DNA from: Leucoraja ocellata
Taxonomy: Eukaryota
Assembly (NCBI GenBank): GCA_036785375.1
Contig: JAWMAR010000028.1
Coordinates: forward strand, 1-64,000
Direction: 5' to 3'
Length of the DNA: 64,000 bases
Positions 50,111-62,300 of this stretch are shown one piece after another. Position numbers and translations under genes: made by a program. Each line of letters opens with the position of its first letter. Positions within the stretch are counted from its first letter, which is position 1. Under the pieces are notes generated by a model. It saw only the letters and a list, made by a program, of their open reading frames with translations, was not told where the DNA came from and made no database searches.

Positions 50111-51139
50111 CTAGGCTAAGTGGGAACCATTGGGTCTCTGTCACATGGGAGGCCTGGTCCCCCAACACAACCCGTTCCCCAACGCAATATTCCACCAATC
50201 ACCCGTTCCCCCAACGCAACCCGTTCCCCCAACGAAATATTCCACCACTCACGCCTATCCCCCTCCCATCAAATCCACCCCTCCCTGTCTCCCTCTTCCT
50301 CTCCTCCCCTTCTATGCCACCTTGCCCATCACCCCAGATCCCTTCTACCCCCCTCCCTACCCCCCTACACTCCACTACTCCTCTACCCCACTCCCTCCCT
50401 CTCTTTCCCCCTCCCTCTCTCTCCCCCTCCCTCCCTCATTCCTCTCTCCCCTCTCCCTCACTCATCCCTCTCTCCCCCTCCCTTCCTCATCCCTCTCTCC
50501 CCCCACCTCCCTCATCCGTCTCTCCCCCTCCCTCCCTCAGCCCTCTCTCCCCTGTCCCTCCCTCATCCCTCTCTCCCCCTCCATCCCGCATCCCTCTCTC
50601 CCTCTACCTCCCTCATCCCTCTCTCCTCCCTCCCTCGTCCCTCTCTCCACCCTCCCTCCCTCATTCCTCTCTCCTCTCTCCCTCCCTCCCCCCTCCCTTC
50701 CTAATCCCTTCCCCCCCCCCCCCCCCCGTGCTGTGGGCCGGGCTGCGGCGCTGTGGTGCGTAAAGGGCCTGTCCCACTTGGCCGTCATCTGCGCGACATT
50801 TACGCGACCTCTTCGTCGCGTTGAAACGCACGGGTAGCGTGTGAGCCGCGCTGGACGGTCGCATGGAGAAGCGCCGAGGGGTATGGAGTTGCACGCGGTA
50901 TCGCGCGGAACTCCAGGATTTTGTAGGACACAAACTCTTTGCGCGCCTCCGGCGTGACGTATTGCGTACGCACACGGGCGTATTGCAGTCGCATGCAGGC
51001 GTCCTGACCTCGTACGTGAGAATGGTAAGAAGACGAAACATCACAGTGTTATCGCGTACCGTTTTTGCGCAAATAGAAAAACCCCGCAAACTGGACGAGC
51101 ACAAGATCAGAGCTTTAGTTATGTTTATAGATGTATAGA
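50111..51139 (-). mobile_element. Non-autonomous Helitron carrying a pyrimidine minisatellite and a MITE end
   Basis: CTAG|T terminus with degenerate hairpin GGGAACC-ATT-GGGTCTC; 5' TCTAT.. end; termini similar to 30621-31041. Confidence 0.68.
50270..50727. repeat. C/T-rich minisatellite (approximately CCCTCATCCCTCTCTCCCCCTC)n
   Basis: Visible tandem units of about 21-25 bp; these generate the Pro/Ser/Leu ORFs in the track. Confidence 0.85.
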
Positions 51140-51203
51140 TAGATGAATAGATAGGTAGGTAGATAGATGGATAGGTAGGTAGGTAGGTAGGTAGGTAGGT
51201 AGA
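51140..51203. repeat. (TAGA)n/(TAGG)n microsatellite
   Basis: Directly visible. Confidence 0.9.
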
Positions 51204-52544
51204 TTTTTGTGTTTTTTTATGAATGTTGGCAAATTAATTTTGCTCCTGTGATAAATAAAGTTCTATCGTATAAATAACCAAAAGAGGCATGGGAAAACTT
51301 TTTGGTGAGTGAATGATTGGGAACTGGAATGCATTGGCAGAGGAGGTAGTGGAGACAAATTCAATTGTTGCACTCAAAAGTGTGGTTAAGGATCTAAAAG
51401 CAAAAACATTGGTAGAACGCTAGGGAGATGGAATGTGTTTGTTTGTTGTTACTTTGAGCTAGTGTTCACTTTCTAGCCCAAATTGTTCTTCCATGTTATG
51501 ATCATCCTATAATTCTGATTTGCTTTGCTATTCCCATTCATGTGAAAGAGGAATATTCTATCATAGTTCCAATCCGCATTGAATATAGGGGGGACACTTT
51601 GAGGAGTCAGGAGATGTTTCACACTTGGAAGAACCTGTATTCTGAAAATCTGTTATTGTGGCCAAAGTTTCAATGGACCTATTAAGGTTCACATCTGTTA
51701 ACTCCCAAGCTGTTAATAGTCAATTTATCTGCCCTTATTTAAAAATAGAATAAGCCATTTGGAAAAGGTAGGCCTGAGGGTTTTGCCATGAGGAATTTCC
51801 ACACTGATGTTCTTTGGATGTAAAGTATAGTTTCAAACAATCATTCCATTTTTTTGTTATGACTGATCTTTCTGAGGTTTATCTTTTCATCTGATTTTTG
51901 TAAGGGCTTCGTAACAGTCAGTCAAATGCTATGTCTTCTCTTGTCATTCAATTCTGGTAGGTTTCTGGCAAAAATGGGCAAATTATTTGTCTAGATGACA
52001 TTTGATGACATTGTTGATAATCCCTCTCATTCCTCACTACTTTGATGATTGGTAATAAACTGTGAGGGAAATAGGCCAAGGATGAGCCTAAATTAGTTTT
52101 ATTTGAGTCTTACAATATGGCCAACTCGTGTAGATTTTACCTTTACTTTCTTAAGCACACAGCAACCTTCAACAGCATTGGTCAATCAGCAATAGAATAT
52201 TACAGTAAACAGCGACAAGAACCAATGTAAGAATACAATGCCTCACTTTGAGGTTCCAATCCTCATGGGTCATGCACATTCAATGTTTGAGTGCCATTTT
52301 TCATTGATGAGTTTCAACAAATAGTTAGGCAATTGCCATTGCTGTACTTGATTGAATTGCCTTGAATATGCACTGTTTATTGAATTGAATTGAATTGAAT
52401 TGAATACATTTTATTAGCCAAGTATGTATACATACAAGGAATTTGCCTGTTGGTTAGTGAATGTGAAGACTGGCATGTCTTCCTGCCTACAATTCATGGC
52501 ACGAGATCAATTGTGCCATGGCATTGGCTAATATTGACTAATGG

Positions 52545-53455
52545 GAGAGCTGGGAGGGCAAGGGAAGGAGGGAGAAAGCAAGGACTACCTGGAATTGGAG
52601 AAGTCAATGTTCATACCGCTGGGGTGTAAATTACCCAAGCAAAATATGAGGTGCTGATCCTCTAATTTGCGGTGGGACTCACTCTGGCCATGGAGGAGGC
52701 CCAGGACAGAAAGGTCGGATTCGGAATGGCAGGGAGAGTTGAAGTGCTGAGCCACTGGGAGATCAGGTTGGTTAATGCGAACTGAGCGGAGGTGTTGGGC
52801 GAAGCGATCAGCAAGCCTGTGCTTGGTCTCACCGATGTAGAGCAGCTGACACCTAGAACAGCGGATGCAATAAATGAGGTTGGAGGAGGTGCAGGTGAAC
52901 CTCGGCCTCACCTGGAAAGACTGCTTGGGTCCTTGGATGGAGTCAAGGGGGGAGGTAAAGTGATAAGTGTAGCATTTCCTGCGGCTGCAAGGGAAAGTAC
53001 CAGGGGACGGGGTGGTTTGGGTGGGAAGGGACAAATTGACCAACGAGTTACGGAGGGAGCGGTCTCTGCGGAAAGCTGAAAGGGGAAGAGATGGGAAGAT
53101 CTGGCCAGTGGTGAGATCCCGTTGGAGGTGGCGAAAATGTCGGAGGATTATCTGTTGTATGTGACGGCTGGTAGGGTGGAAAGTGAGGACAAGGGGGACT
53201 CTGTCCTTGTTACGAGTGGGGGGATGGGGAATGAGAGCGGAGTTACGGGATCTAGAGAAGACCCTGGTGAGAGCCTCATCTATAGTCGAAGAGGGGAACC
53301 CCCGATCCCTAAAGAATGAGGACATCTCCGATGCCGTTGTTTGGAACACCTCATCCTGGGTGCAGATGCGGCGTAGACGGAGGTCTCACCTGCTGCGTTT
53401 CTCCAGCATTTTTGTCTACCTTCAATTTTTCCAGCATCTGCAGTTCTTTCTTAAA
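52545..53455 (-). mobile_element. Penelope-like element fragment: RT C-terminus plus GIY-YIG endonuclease, with an inverted terminal-repeat piece
   Basis: ORF 52585-53349 contains NLIYCIRCSRCQLLYIGETKHRLADRFAQH...PVAQHFN...LEDQHLIFCLGNLHPSGMN. An inverted pLTR piece lies at 53385-53455. Confidence 0.9.
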
Positions 53456-54266
53456 CATTTTACAATTTAAAATAAGTCTGTGCATCTTATCATTGGCCAC
53501 TACGTGCAATTTTTTCCTATTACTAATGTTTGTCATTAAAACTCACAGAAATATAAGAGCTTAATCAGTCTCAGTGCACTTTAGACTGGAATGCCAAATA
53601 TTTACTAAATTGAAATTACTACAAAATGAAATACTTTCATGAACAGCTGATCTACATTAATTCATATTCATAATTATCTATGTATCATGCTATATATGTC
53701 AACACAGAACTATTGAATAAATATAATAACACAGCAATCATAAGCCAATTGATGTGTAACCTTGAGCTGTTGTTCTCTACTAATTATAACATGATCAGTC
53801 TTGACAGGCTGACATAAGGGTGTTTATGTTTCAACCAAACTACTGGTCTAAGATCCAATGAAATGAGGTCATCTTTTAAAAAATTAACTATTGTTTAAAA
53901 GAGCAGTATGCCTGAGGCTGAACTTGTTAGGACTGAGCAACTAATGTTGTGATTTGACCACTAGCAATCTGTTAGGTGACCTTTATTCATTCAGTTTGGT
54001 TTTATTTAAAAAAAATGAAGCATTAACAGTCTGCCTGATTTTAGGTTAATGGAGATTTAGAGTCAATTTCAAAAAATAAATTTGTTTGCTCCTGGAAAGT
54101 GGTTTCATGTGCTAGTTTTCTTCTTTATAATATATGTCCATGACGGGTGAGGCTCTTGAGGCTCTGGTATATAATACAGAAAATTGACAGTTAAAGGTGC
54201 AACAAATATAATTGTTCACTTTAATTTGTCATAACAGCAAATATAAACCAACATCAAAATCATAAA

Positions 54267-54340
54267 GTCTGAAGAAGGGTTTCGACCCGAAACATCACCC
54301 TTTCATTCTATCTAGAGAGCCCCGCCGAGTTACTCCAGCT
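54267..54340 (+). mobile_element. Penelope-derived unit with hammerhead-like core
   Basis: GTCTGAAGAAGGGTTTCGACCCGAAACATCACCC. Confidence 0.72.
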
Positions 54341-54344
54341 TATT

Positions 54345-54880
54345 CCGACCTACAGGCAGAAACTAAAATCTGCTAAGTCTGTGGTCAGAACAATGAAAAG
54401 GTGGACAAGAGAGGGCATTGAGAACCTACAATCCTGCTTTGACCGCACGGATTGCAATGTGTTCAGGGAAGCAACCACAAGCTTCGATGAATATACAGAC
54501 ATTGTATCATCATATGTCAGCTTTTGTGAGGACAGTTGTATTCCAACTGGGACCCGGACCTGGTTCAACAATGACAAGCCCTGGTTTACTGCAGAACTCA
54601 GACAGCTCTGACAGTCTAAAGTGGAAGCTTATAGGAGCGTGGATGCAGACCTCTACAGGCAGGTGAAGTAAAAGCTGAGACGAGGAATCAGAGCTGCCCA
54701 GGAAAGGTACTCTGAGAAGTTGAGGAGCAAGTTCTCAGCTAGTGACTCTTCTTCAGTTTGGAAGGGCTTGCAAGAAATCACCAGTTACAAGAGGAAAGCC
54801 ACCCGCTCTTTGGACAATCGTCAGCTGACCAATGACCTGAATGAGTTCTACTGCATGTTTGACAAGCAGAAACATAACCC
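54345..54880 (+). mobile_element. Rex1/Babar LINE fragment
   Basis: PTYRQKLK...LQSCFDRTD...NNDKPWFT...VWKGLQEITSYK...LNEFY, with in-frame stops. Confidence 0.8.
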
Positions 54881-54889
54881 TGGTATCCC

Positions 54890-55516
54890 CTCCTGCCGGC
54901 CGCCGATAGTCATCGTGCTGGTAAGAGGCCCCCCCCGTTAACTGCTGCGAATGGCAGTTCAATCCACACATATGGCGTCCGCTCGGTTCCTGCCATTTTC
55001 GGCGCATGCCATTTCACCTGGCCATTCATCATCGCGGACGTGGCCCAGCCGCTGCTAGGCCGGAGATTTCTTGCGGGGGCAGTCGCTCGTGGACGTGAGG
55101 GGCCAACGTCTCGTCCACTCATCAACTTTTGAGAAGATCTCCTTGCGCTCCACTGCGCCCACCGGGCCGGTCAGCAACCCAATAACGATGGTGGACAATG
55201 TCTACGCACAGGTACTGGCTGAGTTTGCGGACATTGTCACCCCCAAGTTCGGCTCGGCCAGCCTGAGGCACAGTGTCATGCACCATATTCTGACATCGGG
55301 TCCACCGCTCCACGCCTGCACCCATAGGCTTGCTCCTGACAAGCTCCTCATAGCAAAGGCGGAGTTTCAGAGTATGGAGTATGGGCATCGTTCGACACTC
55401 CACAGCCCATGGGCCTCCCCGCTGCACATGGTGCCAAAGCTGTCCGGCGGCTGGAGGCCGTGCGGGGACTACCGCTGTCTTAATGAGGCCACGACCGCTG
55501 ACCGTTACCCTATTCC
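54890..55516 (+). mobile_element. CsRN1-like Gypsy pol fragment 1 (protease end, RT start)
   Basis: [59 protein letters not shown]. Confidence 0.85.
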
Positions 55517-57024
55517 CAGGGCCGGATTTAGATGAAGAGAAGTCCTAGGCTATTCCACTTGTGAAGCCCCTCCCAATCCCCCAACCCCACAACGCGAGGA
55601 AGATGGAAGAGTCCACCAGATTGACACCGATGTGCAGCCGAGCGTGGCCAATGAGATAACAGCTGGAAAGCTGCACTTTTTATTTATTGCTAGTGCTAGT
55701 GTCGAGTTATTGGCTCAAAACACTATTATTCTGAAATGGAGGGGAAGGAAAATTACTGAAGTGTTGTTTAGAGACTACAGTGCGTGTGACAGCATATGTA
55801 AGAAAGGTCGATGACAGTGTCAAAAATATTATACACCAGGCCCGTATGAAGCTTATCAAAAAGAGGGGTGGCATGGTAGGATTACAAAAAATGTATGTGA
55901 AATAAGTGCACGCAGCGCATATCACAAGCGCGAAGGTCAAAGACCCTTGCGGCCGGGGTCCAGGGCCCGCTGAAGAGGTTTTAGATGCTCTCTGGTGCAT
56001 TCTGAGCCTTATTTTGGAGCATTTTTGCACCAAATTTATGACCAATATTTCATAAAAAATTTTGGTTGAGTCAAGAGTAATGAGTGGTTGGAATGGGATG
56101 ATTGGGGTCATTGGTGTTTTTTAAATCAAGAATTGAAGCTGTCCTTGTTTTAATAATCACGTTGTACTGTAAAATGTTATAAAGGAGCATGCAAACACTG
56201 CAAATAAAATACTGTAAGTTTTTGCAGTGAATAAAACCTTTTTTTAGAAAATGTTTTGTGTGTTGATTTGATTGCCTGTTACTGTTCGACTGTTAGTGTG
56301 CACATTAAAAATATGATGCAAAATGAAAGTCGCAAACTATGGAATACATATTTTTCAGTATTGTTATCAAGGAAAAGAAAGCTGTTCCAATTGCTTGATA
56401 TTATTCATATGGAGGAGAAAATATAATTGCTCGAAAGCCTACATTAATTTTGCAATCTCACTAAAGATAATCCCCCTTGCCCTCCCCCTCCTCCTTCCCC
56501 CTCCCTCTCCCTCCACCTCTGTCTCCCTCCCCATCTCTCTCTCCCCCTCCCCTCCATCTCTCTCCCCCCTCTCTCAACCCACCCTTTCCCCCTCTCACAT
56601 CCCCCCCTCTCTCTCCCTCCCTCCCCTTCTCTCTCCCTCCCACACAGCGAGGCTCCGACTCCGCACCGCAGACACCTCAAGCCCCCCCCGGCCCGGAGAA
56701 ACGGGCACTCCCGCAACGCAATATTCCACTACTTATCTGGAGTAGACACCTAGGATATTTGGTAGACACAAGGCATCGAGGTGATTGTGTGGAGTGCAAA
56801 TGGAGATCTGAACCCGCCTAGGCCCACTGCCCATGCGTGGAGAGACAGTGTCATTTTGCGTCCCTACATTTCCACTCTGGGAAATAAACACCTTGGCTGG
56901 AGGCCCCCTAGATTTTGAGGCACTAGGCTTCAGCCTATGAAGCCTATAGGTAAATCCGGCCCTACCGATGCCCCCCTAGATCTCGAGCTTAAGCTTGTGA
57001 AGCTTATATGTAAATCCGGCATGG
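55517..57024. mobile_element. Non-autonomous hAT-type DNA transposon
   Basis: Left TIR CAGGGCCGGATTTA. Right TIR copies TAAATCCGGCCCTA (56951) and TAAATCCGGCATGG (57011). 8-bp TSD CCTATTCC (55509-55516 and 57025-57032). No transposase ORF. Confidence 0.85.
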
Positions 57025-57032
57025 CCTATTCC

Positions 57033-57815
57033 CCACATACAGGACTTCTCAGCACATCTGGCCGGGGCTAGGTTCTTCTCCAAGATCGACCTGGCCTGGG
57101 GATATCACCAGATCCCCGTGCGACCGGGGGATGTCCCCAAGATGGCAATTATCACCCCGCTCCGGTTGTTCGAGTTCCTGCGGATACCCTTCGGCCTTAA
57201 GAACGCCGCACAGGCTTTTCAGCACCTGATGGACACTGTGGTGCGCGGGCTCGACTTCCTGTTTATCTTCTTGGACGACATCCTCGTGGCAAGTCGCTCG
57301 TGAGAGGAACACTGCGCCCACCTGCGTCTGCTCTTCCAACGCCTCAGTGACCATGGCCTCGTAATTAACCCTGGCAAGTGCCAATTCGGCCTTCGGGCCA
57401 TCAACTTCATGAGGCAACGGGTGACATGGCATGGAGCAGTGCCTCTGCCCTACATGGTTGAGGCAATCCGCCAGTTCCCGCAGCCTGCTACGGTATGTGG
57501 CCTCCGGGAGTTTGTAGGGATGGTACATTTTACTACCGGTTTGTTCCGGCGGCTGCCAAACTTTTGCGGCCGCTTTTCCAGATGCTGATGGGCAAGCAAC
57601 GGGAGATACAGTGGGACGCTGTCACCACGGCGGCATTTGAAGGGGTGAAGGAGGCCTTGGTTCGGGAGACTATGCTCGTGCATCTGTCGGCCGACGACCC
57701 CACAGCCCTTACCGTGGATGCCTCGGACTCTGCGTCGGTGGCATTTTGGAACAGTCGGCAACTGCCATTGGCGGACTTTCAGCTTCTTTAGCCGTCACCT
57801 GTGCGCTGTGGAGCA
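57033..57815 (+). mobile_element. CsRN1-like Gypsy pol fragment 2 (RT, RNase H start)
   Basis: HIQDFSAHLAGARFFSKIDL..GYHQIPV, PFGLKNAAQAFQ, FLDDILVAS, LTVDASD. Continues fragment 1 exactly once the hAT insert is removed. Confidence 0.88.
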
Positions 57816-57821
57816 CATCGG

Positions 57822-58302
57822 GAACAATCTTCCTGCATCTAGCCTGTCCAACCCCTTAAGAATTTTGTAAGTTTCTATAAGATCCCCCTCAATCTTCTAA
57901 ATTCTAGCGAGTACAAACCGAGTCTATCCAGTCTTTCTTCATATGAAACTCCTGACATCCCAGGAATCAGTCTGGTGAACCTTCTCTGTACTCCCTCTAT
58001 GGCAAGAATGTCTTTCCTCAGATTACGAGTCCAAAACTGTACGCAATACTCCAGGTGTGGTCTCACCAAGACCCTGTACAACTGCAGTAGAACCTCCCTG
58101 CTCCTATACTCAAATCCTTTTGCTATGAATGCTAACATACCATTCGCCTTCTTCACTGCCTGCTGCACCTGCATGCCTACTTTTAATGACTGGTGTACCA
58201 TGACACCCAGGTCTCGTTGCATCTCCCTCTTTCATAAAATAATCTACTTTCCTGTTTTTGCCACCAAAGTGGATAACCTCACATTTATCCACATTATACT
58301 GC
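57822..58302 (-). mobile_element. CR1 LINE internal fragment
   Basis: ORF 57875-58222 QRDLGVMVHQSLK...[11 protein letters not shown]. Confidence 0.88.
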
Positions 58303-59328
58303 AATTTGAAACAAATATGAAACGATCTTACTTAGATGACTTGAAATTAAAGCATATAATTAGTTAGTTACCTAATTGTAGCTAATTACAAAATTCAATT
58401 ACTAGATCTAAACCTATCAATTTCTTAAGAATAGATTAACATTTTTAAATAGCCTAAGTGTCCAAATAACATTCACACAAGAATTCACAATAAAACATGT
58501 TTTTAAATCTCATTGTCATGGATTTATAGGCCAAATGGAAGGAATTTAATGTTTAATACCTGTAAATTAATGGCCATTTTAATCAACGCTGGATTTTACT
58601 GGAACGGGACCATTTGGAACGTTGAGGTTGTGGTGATTTATACCCCCATATCGGCATGCCGGTTCTTATGGGGGACTAAATCGCCGTTTCGCAACTTAAA
58701 ATGTGAATTAAATACATCTTAAGAAACACTTTTATACATAAAAATAAACTACTTGCTTCAGAATATAACATAATTTTTAAATCTCATTGTCATGGGTTCA
58801 TAGGCCAAATGGAAGGAATTTAATGTTTAATACCTGTAAATTAATGGCTATTTAAATCAGCTTGCGAATGTGATTTTCTGGAACGGGACCATTTGGAATG
58901 TTCAGGCTGCGGTGAATTTAGTCCCCATATCTGCAGCAAATACACTGCTGGTTCGTTCGGGGACTAAATCACCGTTTCGCAACTTAAAATGTGAATTAAA
59001 TACATCTTAAGAAACACTTTTATACATAAAAATAAACAACTTTCTTTTACCTGGTCCTCCATAAAATCCGTCCCCGTTGTCGGAATTGGCGGCTTCCGAA
59101 GCTGATTTTAAAATTGTTCCAGCGATTAACTTGTCGGGTGAATTAAAAAAAAACCCACACAGAACGGCCGTAGGAACGATTCTTTAGCAACATCTTGCAC
59201 TCCAACAAATATAATCCAGGACCAGGTCGGAAAAAATCCCCGTTTTAACCACGGCCTCCCCCCTCAAAGCGCCAAAATCGCGCACACGGCCAGTGGCAGA
59301 ATTGCAGCGCCGCTGAAGGTTTGTTATA
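58303..59328. mobile_element. Truncated MITE related to 34754-35617, with an internal tandem duplication of about 270 bp
   Basis: Shares GATTAACATTTTTAAATAGCCTAAGTGTCCAAA, TATAGGCCAAATGGAAGGAATTT and AGCGCCAAAATCGC with the 35-kb copy. 58501-58750 is repeated at about 58775-59038. Confidence 0.72.
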
Positions 59329-62300
59329 ACCGGAACAGGGGAGCTGGGAGGAGACAGAGAAGAAGGAGGGGACACGGGCTCAGCGACGGGCAGCGCTCGG
59401 GCAGGCGAGGGGGGCTGAGCCGGAGGAGGAGGGGACTGATAGAGCTGGGAAGGCAGAGACCGGGGCATGCGAGGAGCGGCGGGTGGAGCAGGAGACTGCA
59501 GCGGAGGAGCAAAGGGGTCCGCGGGCGGTGGTGGAGGCTCGTTGACGAGCTGCAGGTGTTGGCGGGACCGGCGGTAGACTGTACCCGCATGGTCAACCAG
59601 ATAGGACCTAGGCGAGCCCGCGGAGCCAACGACGGTGGCGAGCCTGGAGTGACTGGTGGGGGACTGCATGCGGACGACCTGACTGGGAACGAGGCGCGGA
59701 AGGGGGCGGCAGGACTTATCATGGGAGCGCTTCTGGACCTCGTGCTTGAGGGCAATGCGTTCCTGGACAACAGCCGGTTTGAGGACGGAGGGTACGAGGG
59801 AGCGCTGGGCCACCGGGATCGGGGGCCTGGTGGTGCGAGACATGAGCCGCTGAGCAGGGGAGCCCATGGCAGGCTCGCGGGAAATGTTGCGAAGGTTAAG
59901 TAGGGCAAGGTAAAAATCAGAACGAGACAAACGACAATGTTCCAGCAAGTCCTTTGCACTGCGGACGGCGCGCTCGGCAAGACCGTTGCTCTGCGGATAC
60001 TCTGGGCTGCTGGTGTAGTGGTGGAAGTTCCAGCTGGACGCGAAAGCTTGGAACTCGGCGCTCGTGAACTGGCTGCCGTTGTCCGACTGCAGGCTAGCCG
60101 GGGTTCCGAAGGTACCAAAGAGGCGGCGCAGCTTATCGATAACGGCCGAAGAGGTGAGGGAGCGCAGCTGGTCAACCTCGAACCAGTTAGAGTAATAACC
60201 AGTTCGAAAATGTCAGTGGCGACCGCCATCCAGGGTAGTTCCGGAGCAGGCTGCTGCAGAAGCGGCTGTCGTTGCTGGTGGGGGGCGAGGCTGTTGCAGG
60301 TGGAACACGAGGAGACCCTCTCCCGGATGTATTCCCATACCAGGCCAGTAGAACTGGCTCTGGGCTTGAGACAAAGTGGCCTCGGCCCCAGGATGACCGC
60401 GGTGGGCGGCCTGAAAATAGTGGTCGTGCAGCGCAGCAGGCACAACAACCTTGTGTCCCTTCACAACCACGCCGTCGTGCAGTACGAGCTCGTCACGGAC
60501 CAGGAAGTAGGGCACGGCACCAGCCGGCAAAGCGGAACGACGGTCGGACCAGCCCTGCCGGATGACTACAGCAAGCTGTTGCAGGGCAGGATCACTGGCA
60601 GTGTGCTGGACCAGGGACTGCATCTGGAAACAGGCAGCTGCAGGCCGTCGTGGAGCTGCAGACAAGCGGCACCGAGCCCGAACTGAGAGGCGTCACAGGT
60701 GATGACAATGGGATGCTTCAGGTCAAAAATTTGATCGTGGGAGTACTGATCAGTCTGGATTTCAGGACGTCGAAAGCTTTCTGGTGTTGAGGGAACCAAG
60801 CCCAGGCATTGTCCTTCTTAATCAAGTCCCTAAGGGGCGCGCTCAGCTCACTGAGGTCGGGGATGAACTTCCCCAGGTAATTAACCATGCCCAGGAAACG
60901 TTGCAGGCTGGGCACGTCAGTGGGTGAAGACATCCCGGAGATGGCAGCTGTTTTCTGCGGGTCGGGTTTCAGCCCCGAGGCTGTGCATACATGTCCAACA
61001 TATGTGACCTCTGGGACGCGGAACCGGCATTTCTTGGGGTTCAATTTCAAGTTGATCTTCCGGGCCCGGTCCAGGACTTGGCGGAGGTTGAAGTCGTGCT
61101 CAGCGACGTCCTTACCATAGACCAGGATGTCGTCAACGATGATGGCACACGGTAAACCGGCGAACAGTTGTTCCATTGTCCGTTGGAACACCTCGCTAGC
61201 AGAGTTGATCCCGAATGGCATTCGGAGGAACCGGAACCTGCCGAAGGGGGTGCTGAAAGTTGTCAGGTAGGAGTACTGTTCATCGAGCGGTATCTGCCAG
61301 AAGGAACTCTTGGCATCGATAACAGAAAAGATTGTGGCCGGGCCAACCTTTGCAGCGACGTCCTCTACTGTTCGCATGGGGTAGTGCGGGCGTTTGCTGG
61401 CCAGGTTCAGATCTTTGGGGTTGATGCAAATGCGTATCTCGCTTTTGTCTTTTTTTGCGGCAACAACCATGGTGGAGACCCACCGGGTGGGTTCGCTCAC
61501 CGCCTTCAGGATGCCCATGGTTACCATGCCATGCAGTGTCGATTCAACTTTATCCTTCATGGCGAAGGAGACACATGGTGTGGCGGACGGATCACTGGCT
61601 CGACCTTGCGGTCGACAACAATCTTGTAGTTGCAGGGCAGCTCGCCCAGCTCGTCGTCAATACGGTCGGGATATTCGATCAACGGGTTCATTAGGGCCTG
61701 CACCTTGTGGATGTCACGGTGAAAGGAGACTAGGCCCAAGGCCTGGCATGCTCAGATGCCCAGCAGGGTGATGCAGTTGGAATCGAGAAGATAGAAAGTG
61801 AGGGGGAGAGTGGACTCCAGTATCTTGCAGTGCAGGGTTGCCTTTCCCACAGGAACGAGCACCCCTCCCCCGTAGGCATGCAAAGTGGCGCGATCAGAAG
61901 TAACTTGCTCATTAGCTCTTATCTTTCTGAAGAGGCTTGTTGACATTACATTTGCGACTGCCCCAGTATCAATCTTCGCGGTGAAGGTCGAGTTGTTGAC
62001 AGTTATACGAACTGAAGGGTCCGTTATCAGGGCAGGTGCATCCAACAGTGAAAATATGCTGGTGTCCCCCTGGGAGGAACCCTAGTCAGACAGAGGGAGT
62101 TCGTCAGGCTGGTTCTGGGAACCGAGCACGCTATCAGCTTGCACCAAGTTGTTTAACATACGCCGTGGAGCAGCAACGGGCTTCCCACGGGAACGACAGG
62201 CAGCAGAGAAATGGTTCAGTTTCCTGCAGTAGTTGCATGTTTTACCCAAGGCAGGGCACACATTGAATTGATGAGTGGCAAAGTTGCAATTGGGGCAACG

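Noticed and set aside
50120-50837. Pro/Ser/Leu-rich ORFs (extensin-like)
   Set aside because: They are translations of a C/T minisatellite, open in several frames; the same applies to 56323-56821.
59324-60686. 374-aa and 249-aa ORFs
   Set aside because: They are alternative-frame or antisense readings of GC-rich Gypsy integrase sequence.
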